This document shows positions 18,458-28,103 of a stretch of DNA of 40,075 bases, piece after piece. Every line of letters starts with the position of its first letter. Positions within the stretch are counted from its first letter, which is position 1. The stretch covers positions 1 to 40,075 of the forward strand of contig JBBISH010000055.1 in the NCBI GenBank assembly GCA_037441385.1. Direction: 5' to 3'. The notes under the pieces are model-generated. The model worked only from the letters and a program-made list of their open reading frames with translations. It had not been told where the DNA came from and made no database searches. The DNA comes from Myxococcales bacterium. Lineage in GTDB: Bacteria > Myxococcota_A > UBA9042. Both the position numbers and the translations under genes were made by a program.

Positions 18458-20014
18458 ATGCAAGTGCGGATTCTTCTTCTGATCCTTGGGGCAGGGCTGA
18501 CGCTGAGCGCCCCTGCGCTGGCAGAGCCGGTCTCCGAGCCGGCGGGGCCAACCCCGGTCGCCGTCGAGGAGCCCAAGATCGAGGTCCATGAAACCACTGA
18601 AGAAGCTTCGCTACTCAGCGTGCGGAGCAGTGGCTTCTTGGACATGCGCTGGACCGGGGGCTACGCCTCTGTGGCGCATCTGATTCCGGCCAACGACACG
18701 CCGCACCTGCAAGAACTGACCGAGGGCAACGTTCAGCTAAAGCTGGGTTGGGCCGACAAGGCGCAGGCCTTGGTCGACGCGTCGCTGATTCACCAGCGCG
18801 CCTGGATGTATTGGGGTCAAGGCGCCGACGGCGAGCGGACCCGGCTGGCGGACCACGATGTGGCGAACTACCGGCCGGCGGCTCTGATTTCAGAGGCTTA
18901 CGGCATCTACAACCTGGGCGAGCGGCTGAACCTGACCGTGGGCAAGAAGCGCGTGCTGTGGGGACCGGGCCTGGCGTGGAACCCTACGGATCTGCTCAAT
19001 CCGCCCAAGGATCCCACGGATCCCACCCTGCAGCGCGCGGGGACCTGGCTGGCGCGGCTGGAGCTGCCGATGGACAACTGGAGCCTGAGCTTGGTGGGCG
19101 CGGCCAAGACCACGCGGCAATTTTCTGGCATTCCAAGCGGTTTGGTGTGGTATCCCGACAACCAGCCCACGGGCGAGACCCGCGACGAGCGGCCGCATTT
19201 TGCCCTGGCGGCGCGCCTGTACGCGCTGGTGGCCGAGACCGACCTGAACGCCATGTTCTACATGACCCAGATGTACAACGACGCGTTTGAGTACAAGCCG
19301 CGCCTGGGCTTATCGGCGTCGCACGTGTTTTGGAACGCCTTGGAAGTGCACGCCGAAGTGCTTGGACAGCTGGGGAGCTCGCGCACCTACGTCGACGGCG
19401 ACTGTGTCAGCTCGTTGGGCAAGGCGATGGTCTGTTTCAGCTCGGGCAAGCCCGTTGCCGGCACCACCCTGCTCGACGACGACGGCATCCGCGTCAAGGC
19501 CCTGGCCGGCGCGCGCTACCAGTTTGGCGAAAACGCTGCCATTTCGGCAGAATACTTCTACAACGCAGAGGGTTACAACGCCGAGCAATTCGGCAATTTC
19601 GTAACTGCCGCTACCTACCGGCAGCAAGCGGCCAAGGCGGGCGTGCCGACCGACGTGGTCAGCAAAGCGTTTGGCAGCATGATGCCCACCGCGAGCGATC
19701 CCGGCTCGCCGCAAAAATTCGCCTTCGAGCCGCTGCGCCGCCACTACTTGTTCTTGACCTACACGCACCCGCAGTTGGCCGACGATTTCACGATCAACAC
19801 GGTGGTCATCCTGGGCCTAGCCGACGGCTCGGGCCAGGTGGCGCCGCAGTTGACCTGGTCGGTGCGCTCGTGGTGCAACTTGTCGGCCGGTGCGTTCATC
19901 ACACTGCCTGGGCTGGAAAGTCGGGGCGCCCAAGTGGGCGGTCAGGGCTACACGGAGTACGGGCTGCAGCCAAGTCTGGGGAAGGTCTTCGCCTCGATGC
20001 GAGTATTCTATTAG
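18458..20014 (+). CDS. Probable outer-membrane beta-barrel protein
   Basis: GGAGG RBS and signal peptide. EAY...LTVGKKRVLWG...NPTDLLNP motif. C-terminal amphipathic strand ending in an aromatic residue (KVFASMRVFY). Confidence 0.65.
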   Translation: MQVRILLLILGAGLTLSAPALAEPVSEPAGPTPVAVEEPKIEVHETTEEASLLSVRSSGFLDMRWTGGYASVAHLIPANDTPHLQELTEGNVQLKLGWADKAQALVDASLIHQRAWMYWGQGADGERTRLADHDVANYRPAALISEAYGIYNLGERLNLTVGKKRVLWGPGLAWNPTDLLNPPKDPTDPTLQRAGTWLARLELPMDNWSLSLVGAAKTTRQFSGIPSGLVWYPDNQPTGETRDERPHFALAARLYALVAETDLNAMFYMTQMYNDAFEYKPRLGLSASHVFWNALEVHAEVLGQLGSSRTYVDGDCVSSLGKAMVCFSSGKPVAGTTLLDDDGIRVKALAGARYQFGENAAISAEYFYNAEGYNAEQFGNFVTAATYRQQAAKAGVPTDVVSKAFGSMMPTASDPGSPQKFAFEPLRRHYLFLTYTHPQLADDFTINTVVILGLADGSGQVAPQLTWSVRSWCNLSAGAFITLPGLESRGAQVGGQGYTEYGLQPSLGKVFASMRVFY

Positions 20015-20080
20015 CCTTTCAAGCAGATCGCGTATAGTAATTGAACGCTCGTTCAGCGGGCGCGGTCAACCGGAGGAGCG

Positions 20081-20809
20081 ATGTCGCTAGTCAACCTGAG
20101 CGGAGTCAAGAAGTCGTACCAGTTGGGCAAGACCGAGGTCAAGGCGCTGCTCGGGGTCGACCTGATCATCGAACGTGGCGAATTCACGGTGGTGATGGGG
20201 CCGTCGGGCTCGGGCAAGACCACCTTGCTCAACATCATCGGCTGCCTGGATCGCGCCAGCGAAGGCTCGTACCGCCTGGACGGCGACGAGATCGGCCACC
20301 GCGATTTCAACGATCTGGCTGAAGTGCGCAATCACAAGATCGGTTTCATCTTCCAGAACTTCAATCTGATCCCGGTGCTCAACGTGGTCGAGAACATCGA
20401 GTTTCCGTGCGTCATCCGTGGCGAGGGCGGCAAGTCGCTGCGCGACCGGGTGCTGGCGGTGGCCAAAGACGTGGGGCTAGAGCCCTACTTGCACCACAAG
20501 CCCGACGAGCTGTCTGGCGGTCAGCGGCAGCGCGTGGCTATTGCCCGGGCGCTCATCACCCAACCACAGTTGGTGCTGGCCGACGAGCCGACCGCCAACC
20601 TGGATAGCAAGACCAGCGAGCAGATCATTGATTTGATGCTGGATTTGAACAAGCACAAGGGGGTCACGTTCCTGTTCTCGACCCACGACCCGCGCGTCAT
20701 GCAGCACGCACGGCGGGTGGTGTATATCCAGGACGGCGTGATCGTCGACGGCGCGGCCCACGCCGCCGCGGACGTGGCCAAGATGCAGGCGCAGCTCGCC
20801 GGGCACTGA
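20081..20809 (+). CDS. ABC transporter ATP-binding protein, LolD/MacB-like
   Basis: GPSGSGKTT, IGFIFQNFNL, LSGGQRQRVAIARAL, LADEPTANLD, STHD. GGAGGAG RBS. Confidence 0.95.
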   Translation: MSLVNLSGVKKSYQLGKTEVKALLGVDLIIERGEFTVVMGPSGSGKTTLLNIIGCLDRASEGSYRLDGDEIGHRDFNDLAEVRNHKIGFIFQNFNLIPVLNVVENIEFPCVIRGEGGKSLRDRVLAVAKDVGLEPYLHHKPDELSGGQRQRVAIARALITQPQLVLADEPTANLDSKTSEQIIDLMLDLNKHKGVTFLFSTHDPRVMQHARRVVYIQDGVIVDGAAHAAADVAKMQAQLAGH

Positions 20810-20817
20810 CCGGTGCG

Positions 20818-22311
20818 CTACGGCATCAGCGCCACGTAGGCCGCGCGCCCGTCGCGGTACACGAGCAGCGTTGCCGGGCGGTTGTCCTTCAGGCCCTCGG
20901 CCACGTCGCCGCCCTTGTTCACGGCTTTGCGATTGATTTCCAGGATGACGTCGCCCGGCCGCAGACCGGCGCGCGCGGCGGGGCTGTCGTCCTGCACGTC
21001 GGCGATCATGACACCGCGCAATTCTGCTGGCAGCTCGTGCTGTTGCGCCAGGGCGGGAGTCAGCGGCACAACTTCAAGACCGCGCACGCCCTGGGCCTGG
21101 GGCGCCGCCGGCTGCTGGGCGTTGGGATCCGGGGCCTCGGCCAGCACCGCCTGCAATTGCTGATTCTTGCCCTGGCGTTGCACCATCAGCGCCACCTTGC
21201 TGCCAGCGCCGGCCTGGGCAATGGCATTGCGGAAGCGTTGCGGCGAGTCGACCTGCTTGCCGCCCAGCTCGACCACGATGTCGCCGCGCTGCAGGCCGGC
21301 CTTGTCGGCCGGGGACTGCGGCTGAACTTCGGTAATCAGTACGCCGCCTTCGCCGCTGGCCCCCAAGGACTGGCGCAGGTCGGCGGTCAAGGCCTGGAGA
21401 CCCACGCCCAGGAAGCCGCGCACGACCCTGCCCTTTTCGAGCAAGCTCTTCAGGATCGGCTGCACCATGTTGGCAGGAATGGCGAAACCGATGCCTTGGC
21501 TACCGCCCGAAGACGACGCGATCGCCGTATTGATGCCGACCAACTCGCCGCGCAAATTGACCAGTGCCCCGCCGGAGTTGCCGGGATTGATCGCCGCGTC
21601 GGTTTGGATGAAATCTTCGAAATCGGCGATGTGCACGTCGGCGCGGCCTTTGGCGCTCACGATGCCCATCGACACCGACTGGGCCAGCCCAAACGGGCTG
21701 CCGATCGCCAGCACCACCTCGCCCAAGCGCAGTTTGTCCGAGTCGGCCAGCGCGATCGCCTTGAGTCCCGTGGGCTTGCCTTCAAGGCGCAGCACCGCCA
21801 GATCGGCGCGCGGATCGGCCCCCACCAGTTTGGCCGCCATTTCGCGCCCGTCGGACAGCTTGACCTGAATGGTGGCGGCGCCGTCGATAACGTGGTTGTT
21901 CGTCAGCACGAGCCCGTCGGCCGACACGACCACACCCGAACCGAGCGAACTGCCGCGCGATTGGTCACTGTCGCCGCGCTGGCCAAAAAACTGGCGGAAC
22001 ATCCGCTCTTCCTGGCTCAGCGCCCGGCGCTGCATCTTGGTCGTGGAAATGTTGACGACCGATTGCACGGCCGACTCGGCCACATCGGACAAGACCCCAA
22101 GGTTGCCAGTCACTTGTTGCATGGCTGCGCCCGGCCGAACATTCTGCGCGGGCGCCGCCTGCAGCGCGGGCGCGTCGGCCTTGACGGGGGCAGCCGTACC
22201 CCAGGTCCAAGTCGCCACGCCGGCCAACAAAGCGGCGGTCGCGGCCAGTACCCCGGCCACCCGCGTGGCCGACGGAGCAGACGGTTGGTAGCTACGGAAT
22301 TCAGGTTGCAT
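20818..22311 (-). CDS. degP: HtrA/DegP (Do-family) serine endopeptidase with two PDZ domains
   Basis: GSGVVV, LTNNHV, DLAVL, IQTDAAINPGNSGGAL and two PDZ repeats (SPADKAGLQRGD, SPAARAGLRPGD). Confidence 0.93.
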   Translation of the reverse strand: MQPEFRSYQPSAPSATRVAGVLAATAALLAGVATWTWGTAAPVKADAPALQAAPAQNVRPGAAMQQVTGNLGVLSDVAESAVQSVVNISTTKMQRRALSQEERMFRQFFGQRGDSDQSRGSSLGSGVVVSADGLVLTNNHVIDGAATIQVKLSDGREMAAKLVGADPRADLAVLRLEGKPTGLKAIALADSDKLRLGEVVLAIGSPFGLAQSVSMGIVSAKGRADVHIADFEDFIQTDAAINPGNSGGALVNLRGELVGINTAIASSSGGSQGIGFAIPANMVQPILKSLLEKGRVVRGFLGVGLQALTADLRQSLGASGEGGVLITEVQPQSPADKAGLQRGDIVVELGGKQVDSPQRFRNAIAQAGAGSKVALMVQRQGKNQQLQAVLAEAPDPNAQQPAAPQAQGVRGLEVVPLTPALAQQHELPAELRGVMIADVQDDSPAARAGLRPGDVILEINRKAVNKGGDVAEGLKDNRPATLLVYRDGRAAYVALMP

Positions 22312-22648
22312 TTCTACCTGCGCGGGGAGAGTCGCGGCACCACGCCGCTGCGCACAGGGACAACCACGCGGCGCGCGCGCCTATTCCGCGCTGCTGGCGA
22401 CAGCCCATTTGAGAATTTCTGCGAAGGCCCTGGGCCAGACTTGCAGTGACCCGGCGCGATAGGTAGTCTTGGTGGTTCTCCGTGCGGGCCGGCCGAACGG
22501 CCTCCCATCGCCACGCACCACGTTCACGCACCAAGCGGAAATCTGTCGACCGTCAAAATTGATTGCGCACCCAGCGCGTTGCGAGCAGGCACCAGGGTCT
22601 GCGGCACCCGGACTCGTTTGGGCTGCGTTCAACCATTACCGAGGCGTC

Positions 22649-24082
22649 ATGTATCGTTTCCCACTTGTCCTTGCACTCTCTGCCGCGCTGGTTGCCAGTT
22701 GTGGCGCGCCCGCTGGCACTGGCGGCTCTTCCTCTGGCACCGGGGGTCTGGAGTCCGATGCCAACTCGGGCGGGCTCTCTGGCAGCGATGGAAGTGGCGG
22801 CGACGCCTCTGGAACGACCGGCAAGGACGGTTCGGTCGGCTCTAGCGCCGACACCGCGGGCACGGCCGGTTCGGACACGAGCAATGCGACCTTGGCGTGC
22901 GAAGAAATCAAGTGTGCAAGCGAGGTTGCCGCGTGCAAGGCCGACGCCAAGTGCGCTGCGGCGTTTGCCTGCCAATCCGCCTGCGCCACGCCGGCTTGCG
23001 CGCTGACCTGCCCGCAGGCCACCGGGCCCCTGGCCACGGCTCTGAACAACTGCGCTATTTCCAACAGCTGCGCCGGCAGCAAGCCCGTGTCCGTGTGCGG
23101 CAACGGCAATTGCGAAGCCGGCGAAACCGCGTCCAACTGTGCGGCGGACTGCGGTACCGCGCCGCAACCCGCAGCCTGTACGCCGTACACTGACGTGCAA
23201 GCGATCTTCAAGAACAACTGCAACGGTTGCCACGGCCACCAGTTCGGCACGTCGTGCGCGCAGGCCGGCAACTACCAGACCATCGCCCAGTGGGTCAGTG
23301 GCGGGGCCATGCCGCCAACTGGGCCGCTGAGCGCCGCCGACAAAGCGCTGGTGGCCGCCTGGGCCAAATCTGGCGGCAAGTGCACCGTGGCAGACTGCGA
23401 TTCGGCCCCTGCCAATCCGGTGTGCGGCAACGGCACCTGCGAAGCGGGCGAAACCGCCACCAATTGCGCTAAGGACTGCGCAACGGGGCCGTCGACGCCG
23501 GTCTGCGGCAACGGCAAGTGCGAAGCGGGCGAAACCGCCGCGAGCTGCGCCAAAGACTGCGCGACGGGCCCTGGGCCGGCCACGGGCAACGTCTGCGATA
23601 GCTTGTGCGGCCAGCAGGCCCCCAGCGGCTGCTACTGCGACGACCAGTGTGCGCAATACGGCGACTGCTGCTTGGCCGACGGCAGTATGCCCACCAAGAA
23701 GAACCCCAATACTGCTTGCACGGGCTCGACTTGCACGGCATGCAACGGCAGCGGCGGGGGCGGCACCACCACGCCCGTCTGCGGCAACGGCAAGTGCGAA
23801 ACCGGCGAGACGGCCAGCAACTGCGCCAGCGATTGCGCAGGCGGCACCAAGACTTGCACTACCTACGCCGATGTGCAGGCCATCTTCAAGAACAACTGCA
23901 ATGGTTGCCACGGGCACAAGTTCGGCAATAGCTGCTCGAGCGCGGCCAGCTATTCGATGATCAACAGCTATGTCCAGGCCGGCCAGATGCCGACCAACGG
24001 CACGCTGAGTAGCTCGGACAAGGCGAAGATCGCCGCCTGGGCTGCCGCCAAGAACGCCTGCACGACCGCGCAGTGCCCGTAA
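22649..24082 (+). CDS. Cys-rich modular lipoprotein with two c-type heme domains, four CGNGxCExGE repeats and a somatomedin-B-like module
   Basis: GAGG RBS, lipobox VAS-C and a G/S/T linker. CNGCH occurs twice, each followed by a downstream MP. VCGNGxCExGETxxxCxxDC occurs four times. SMB-like CYCDDQCAQYGDCC. Confidence 0.8.
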   Translation: MYRFPLVLALSAALVASCGAPAGTGGSSSGTGGLESDANSGGLSGSDGSGGDASGTTGKDGSVGSSADTAGTAGSDTSNATLACEEIKCASEVAACKADAKCAAAFACQSACATPACALTCPQATGPLATALNNCAISNSCAGSKPVSVCGNGNCEAGETASNCAADCGTAPQPAACTPYTDVQAIFKNNCNGCHGHQFGTSCAQAGNYQTIAQWVSGGAMPPTGPLSAADKALVAAWAKSGGKCTVADCDSAPANPVCGNGTCEAGETATNCAKDCATGPSTPVCGNGKCEAGETAASCAKDCATGPGPATGNVCDSLCGQQAPSGCYCDDQCAQYGDCCLADGSMPTKKNPNTACTGSTCTACNGSGGGGTTTPVCGNGKCETGETASNCASDCAGGTKTCTTYADVQAIFKNNCNGCHGHKFGNSCSSAASYSMINSYVQAGQMPTNGTLSSSDKAKIAAWAAAKNACTTAQCP

Positions 24083-24169
24083 TCGCCGCGCCGTGCCCGC
24101 AGCCGCTGGCGCAATGCCCCTAGCCGCCACGGCCGGGCAGGCCTGGTTTGACCCCACCGCTCCAACGGA

Positions 24170-24206
24170 CCACGAGATCTCGTGGCGTGCCCGCGAAATT
24201 TCGTGG
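24170..24206. promoter_or_regulatory. Pair of related 16-bp palindromes (operator pair or terminator hairpin)
   Basis: Perfect palindrome CCACGAGATCTCGTGG (24170-24185) and near-perfect CCGCGAAATTTCGTGG (24191-24206), 21 bp start to start. Confidence 0.5.
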
Positions 24207-24599
24207 TTTGCGGTCCACGCTCGAAGTTCGGGCAGCGACGGCGGCGGCACAGAGTTCACACTTCACTAAGTATATCGCAGACTTCGTCGATGCTCTAGCG
24301 TGTGCTGGCGTCTGTTGCGGCGTGTGGTCGGCGGCACGGACCCGGTCTGGCCCGTCCTGCGGTGGGCACGGAGCTGCGGCGACTGGACCGGACTGTTCGG
24401 ACGTTGATATCGTTTGAATAGGAGGCTCCGTCCTGGGCCGCGGCCGCGGCAATTGCGGCAAATACACGATATATTCGTCGGATGAAGTCAGCGCGGTCTG
24501 CAGCCAGTGTACCTGCCCGAATTGGGTGCTCCAACGCTAGACTGCACAGGCGAACCCGCGATGGAGCGGGCCGCACTGCGTGCACACTAGGAGCCAGAG

Positions 24600-27500
24600 A
24601 TGGCCTACACCCTGCCCAACCTTGCCCATGTCGGCCGCGCGACCGCCCTCGCGAGTGCTGTGCTTGCCGTAGCGGGCGGCGCGCTGCTCGCGGGCTGCGA
24701 GTCCGAAACCAGCGATCCATTCCGCGCGCAAGTCGTGCCGGTGCTCGAGCGGCGCTGTGCCAACGGCGCGTGCCACGGCGTGACGGACGCCCAGGCCAAG
24801 GTCAGCCAGCTCGACCCGGCCAAATGGTTGACCTTTCGCATCGATAGCGCCGGCAAGATCACCGACGTAGCAGCCGCAGAGAAATCGGCGAAATCCAAGG
24901 TCAATTCGCGTGAGAAAGTGGCGTTCTCGTCGCTCTTGCGCAAGACGCTGCCGGTGGCGCAGGGCGGTCAATACCACTACAAGAATCAAGTGTTCGACTC
25001 GGTGAACCACCCCGACTACAAAGTGCTAGCCAGCTGGGCGGGCAGCATCACAGACGGCACAGAGGGCAGCGAGCAAGCCCCACTGAGCGCGCGCGAGGAA
25101 CTTTTCCACGACAAAATCTACCCCGAACTGCTGCAAAAAGGTTGCGGAACGGCCACTTGCCACGGCAGCCTCACCTTTGGTGGCGCCGTGTTTGACCAGC
25201 CGGCGGTACCTGGGACGAATCGGCTCAGCCGCGCCGATCTGCGCAAGACAATGGAAGAAGTGCGGCGAAACGTCACGCTGTGGGGCGACCCGCTGCGCTC
25301 GCGCGTGATCGCCAAGATCCTGCCGCTGAACAAGGGCGGCGTGCCCCATAAGGGCGGCAACGACCTGTTCTTCGCGCACGAGGTCGAGGCAGGTAGCGAT
25401 CCGCGCGACGCGCCGCTCATCAAGAACTTGTTGGCCTGGATCGAAGCCACGCGCCAGGAAGAGGGTGCCGCAGCGCCCAGCCAGGACCCGCCCCTGATCG
25501 CCGTGGGCGGGCCGATTCCCGCCGCCGCGGTGTTCGCCGTGCAACCGTTTACTCCGGGGACGGACTTGTACCGGTTGGACGCGCCGTACACCGGCAAGCC
25601 GGTCAACTTGACGGCGGGCATCCACAGCAAACCCGCAGACATCCGTAGCCCGGCCGTGAGTCACGACGGCAAGACCCTGGTGTTCGCCATGCGCACGGCG
25701 GACGACGATGCCCACAACCTGTACACGCTGGGCCTGGACGGCAAGGGCCTGAAGCAACTGACCTTTGACAAGTCGGCCGGGCCGGCGGGCCGCGTCATTG
25801 GCAACTTCAACCCGATTTTTGGGCCCAGCGGCGGCTATGGTCCAGAGCCGGCCAAGACTGGCGAGCGCATCTACTGGTCTTCGCACCGCGGCGACCTGAG
25901 CGACGCATTTGACACGCAAAACGCCGACTTGTATGCCATGTCTCCCGATGGGAGCGCCCAAGAGCAGCTGACCTGGACGGTCATTCCCGAGGTGGCGCCC
26001 TGGTTCCTGTCGACGGGCGAGTTCTACGGCAACATGGCCTACACGATCCGCCGGGCAGCCGAGGGCGGGTTCAAGGGCGTCTTCTTCCGCTTCCCAGTGG
26101 ACCACAACCCCGAGCACCACATCCAACCCGAGGCCCACCCGCACTTTGGCATGAGCGAGCCGCAGCAACTGTTCTATCGGCTGCGCGAACTGCCCGACGG
26201 TCGGGCGGCGTGCACGCTGATGGATCAAGGAAACGTTTGGCGCGGTGGGCAGTTGGCCATCCTAGAGCGGCAGTTCGCCGTCGAGATTCCCGAAGGCCAA
26301 GAGACCAAGGCCACCCTGCCCGGCTTCCGCCACGCGTTGACGAACATCACCCCGGACGCCGCGCGCAGTGGGCAGAGCGCCGGTGGCCTGTGGCGCGACC
26401 CCACGCCGCTGACAGACAGCGCGATCGTCGTGGCCGTAGCCGCCACGCCCACCAACTTGAACGACCCGCTGACCCAGCCGCATACGGCGTTGATGCTCGT
26501 GACGCTGAAGTCGGATCCCACCAGCAACCGTCCCTCGATCGACAAGGCGACCGTGCTGCAAGACGATCCCGCGCTGGCGTGGTCCGAGCCCGTGGCGGCG
26601 CTGGTCCGGGCGCCCGAGGATCCGCCGCACCCCCGCAAGTGGACTGCGGATGGACCGACTGCGCTGCTGGTGCACTCGGGTGTGCAGGTGATCGAGGCGG
26701 TGCTGGCGCAGCTGCCCCCCATGGCGGCACGCATCTTGCGATCGGACCTTGCCTTTGTGCGGGCGGTGGTGCCGCTGAGCGTGGCGGGTGAGCTCAATCC
26801 ACAGCCAGTCCCGGCGGCAGAGACGCGCCATCAACTCAAGGGCGCGACGACCCTGTCGCTGACGGGCCGGATGCCGCTCTTTGCCGCCGTGGAGATCCCG
26901 CCGGCCAGCGATGGCAGCCTGGCGGCAAACATTCCGGCCAAGGTGCCGGTGCGCGTGGTGACGCTCGATCAGGATCACGTGGCGGTGGGCGCACTTCAAC
27001 ACCAATGGTACGCGGCGGCGCCGGGCGAGCGCTTCCCGGTGGGTATCGCGGCGACGTCGTTTGCGGCGCGCTGTGCCGGCTGCCACGGCGCCATGGATGG
27101 CAAACCCGCGTCGGTGCTGCAGCCGCCGATCGACTTCGTCACCCAGGCGTCGGTCACGGCCGCATTGTACCAGGGCCAGGATCGGCGCCGGCCGCTCGAA
27201 CCGCCTACCGTGACCAGTTCGATGTTCCAGTTCGTCGATTTCCGCAATCACGTCCAGCCGATTCTGGACTCCAAGTGCATCAGCTGCCACAGTGGCAAGG
27301 CGCCACAGGGCGGTCTGAGCCTGACCAGCCAGGCCACGGTGCACTACAACGACGCCTACGAAAGCTTGCTGAAACCTGGTCAGGGCTCGGCGGGCGGCTT
27401 TGAGTACGTGGACGCGTTGGGCTATCGCGGTCGCGACTCGTACCTGGCCGAAAAGGTGATGGGCAAGGAATATCAAGCCCCACGCGCACTGACGACCCCT

Positions 27501-27605
27501 TGCCCGCCGCCGGGGTCGCCGCAGTTGACCGCCGAAGAAAAGGCGACGCTGGTGCGGTGGATCGAACTGGGGTCGGCGTGGGTGGGCGTGCCGCCGGCCA
27601 AGTAG
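24600..27605 (+). CDS. HzsA-related (hydrazine synthase alpha-like) multiheme lipoprotein with TolB/PD40 beta-propeller
   Basis: AGGAG RBS and lipobox LAG-C. Heme motifs CANGACH, CGTATCH, CAGCH and CISCH. PD40-like SPAVSHDGKTLVFAMR. HZS-alpha middle-domain-like DGSLAANIPAKVPVRVVTLD...W...PGE. C-terminal DFRNHVQPILDSKCISCH. Confidence 0.75.
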   Translation: MAYTLPNLAHVGRATALASAVLAVAGGALLAGCESETSDPFRAQVVPVLERRCANGACHGVTDAQAKVSQLDPAKWLTFRIDSAGKITDVAAAEKSAKSKVNSREKVAFSSLLRKTLPVAQGGQYHYKNQVFDSVNHPDYKVLASWAGSITDGTEGSEQAPLSAREELFHDKIYPELLQKGCGTATCHGSLTFGGAVFDQPAVPGTNRLSRADLRKTMEEVRRNVTLWGDPLRSRVIAKILPLNKGGVPHKGGNDLFFAHEVEAGSDPRDAPLIKNLLAWIEATRQEEGAAAPSQDPPLIAVGGPIPAAAVFAVQPFTPGTDLYRLDAPYTGKPVNLTAGIHSKPADIRSPAVSHDGKTLVFAMRTADDDAHNLYTLGLDGKGLKQLTFDKSAGPAGRVIGNFNPIFGPSGGYGPEPAKTGERIYWSSHRGDLSDAFDTQNADLYAMSPDGSAQEQLTWTVIPEVAPWFLSTGEFYGNMAYTIRRAAEGGFKGVFFRFPVDHNPEHHIQPEAHPHFGMSEPQQLFYRLRELPDGRAACTLMDQGNVWRGGQLAILERQFAVEIPEGQETKATLPGFRHALTNITPDAARSGQSAGGLWRDPTPLTDSAIVVAVAATPTNLNDPLTQPHTALMLVTLKSDPTSNRPSIDKATVLQDDPALAWSEPVAALVRAPEDPPHPRKWTADGPTALLVHSGVQVIEAVLAQLPPMAARILRSDLAFVRAVVPLSVAGELNPQPVPAAETRHQLKGATTLSLTGRMPLFAAVEIPPASDGSLAANIPAKVPVRVVTLDQDHVAVGALQHQWYAAAPGERFPVGIAATSFAARCAGCHGAMDGKPASVLQPPIDFVTQASVTAALYQGQDRRRPLEPPTVTSSMFQFVDFRNHVQPILDSKCISCHSGKAPQGGLSLTSQATVHYNDAYESLLKPGQGSAGGFEYVDALGYRGRDSYLAEKVMGKEYQAPRALTTPCPPPGSPQLTAEEKATLVRWIELGSAWVGVPPAK

Positions 27606-27629
27606 GGCGGCAAAGCGGAGTTGCAGCGG

Positions 27630-28103
27630 ATGTGGGTCAAGCAACGACGGACATGGGCTGGCTTTTTGGCGCTCGGCGCGGCGACCGCGCAGCTCGCCGG
27701 CTGCGAGACCAGCCAGATGAACGCGACACAGCCGCTCGTCCCCAAGAAGGTAGTCGCCGACCGAACCACCTTTGCGGCCGAGGCGGCGCCACTGCTAGAG
27801 ACCCGCTGCGGCGACGCGATGTGCCACGGCCGCGGCGATCGCCCCTATGCGCTGTATGCGGCGGGCGCGCGGCGGATCCAGGCCGCCGACACGTTCATGA
27901 AGACGCCGCTTACGTCCGCCGAGGTAGATGCCAACTACTGGTCAACGCTTGGATTTGTCGACGCCAGCCAGCCGCGCGCCACCACGCTGGTGCTCAAGGC
28001 CGTAGGCAAGCTTGGCCACGGTGGCGGGCCCGTCTTTGCCGCACCCAGCGACCCCGAGTGTGAAGCGGTGACCAACTGGCTCAGCGGCGAGGTGCCCCGA
28101 TGA
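27630..28103 (+). CDS. Small lipoprotein, putative monoheme cytochrome c with CX4CH motif
   Basis: Lipobox LAG-C. PLLETRCGDAMCHG...LGHGGG...W. Similar to the two N-terminal domains of the upstream gene. Stop overlaps the next start. Confidence 0.7.
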   Translation: MWVKQRRTWAGFLALGAATAQLAGCETSQMNATQPLVPKKVVADRTTFAAEAAPLLETRCGDAMCHGRGDRPYALYAAGARRIQAADTFMKTPLTSAEVDANYWSTLGFVDASQPRATTLVLKAVGKLGHGGGPVFAAPSDPECEAVTNWLSGEVPR

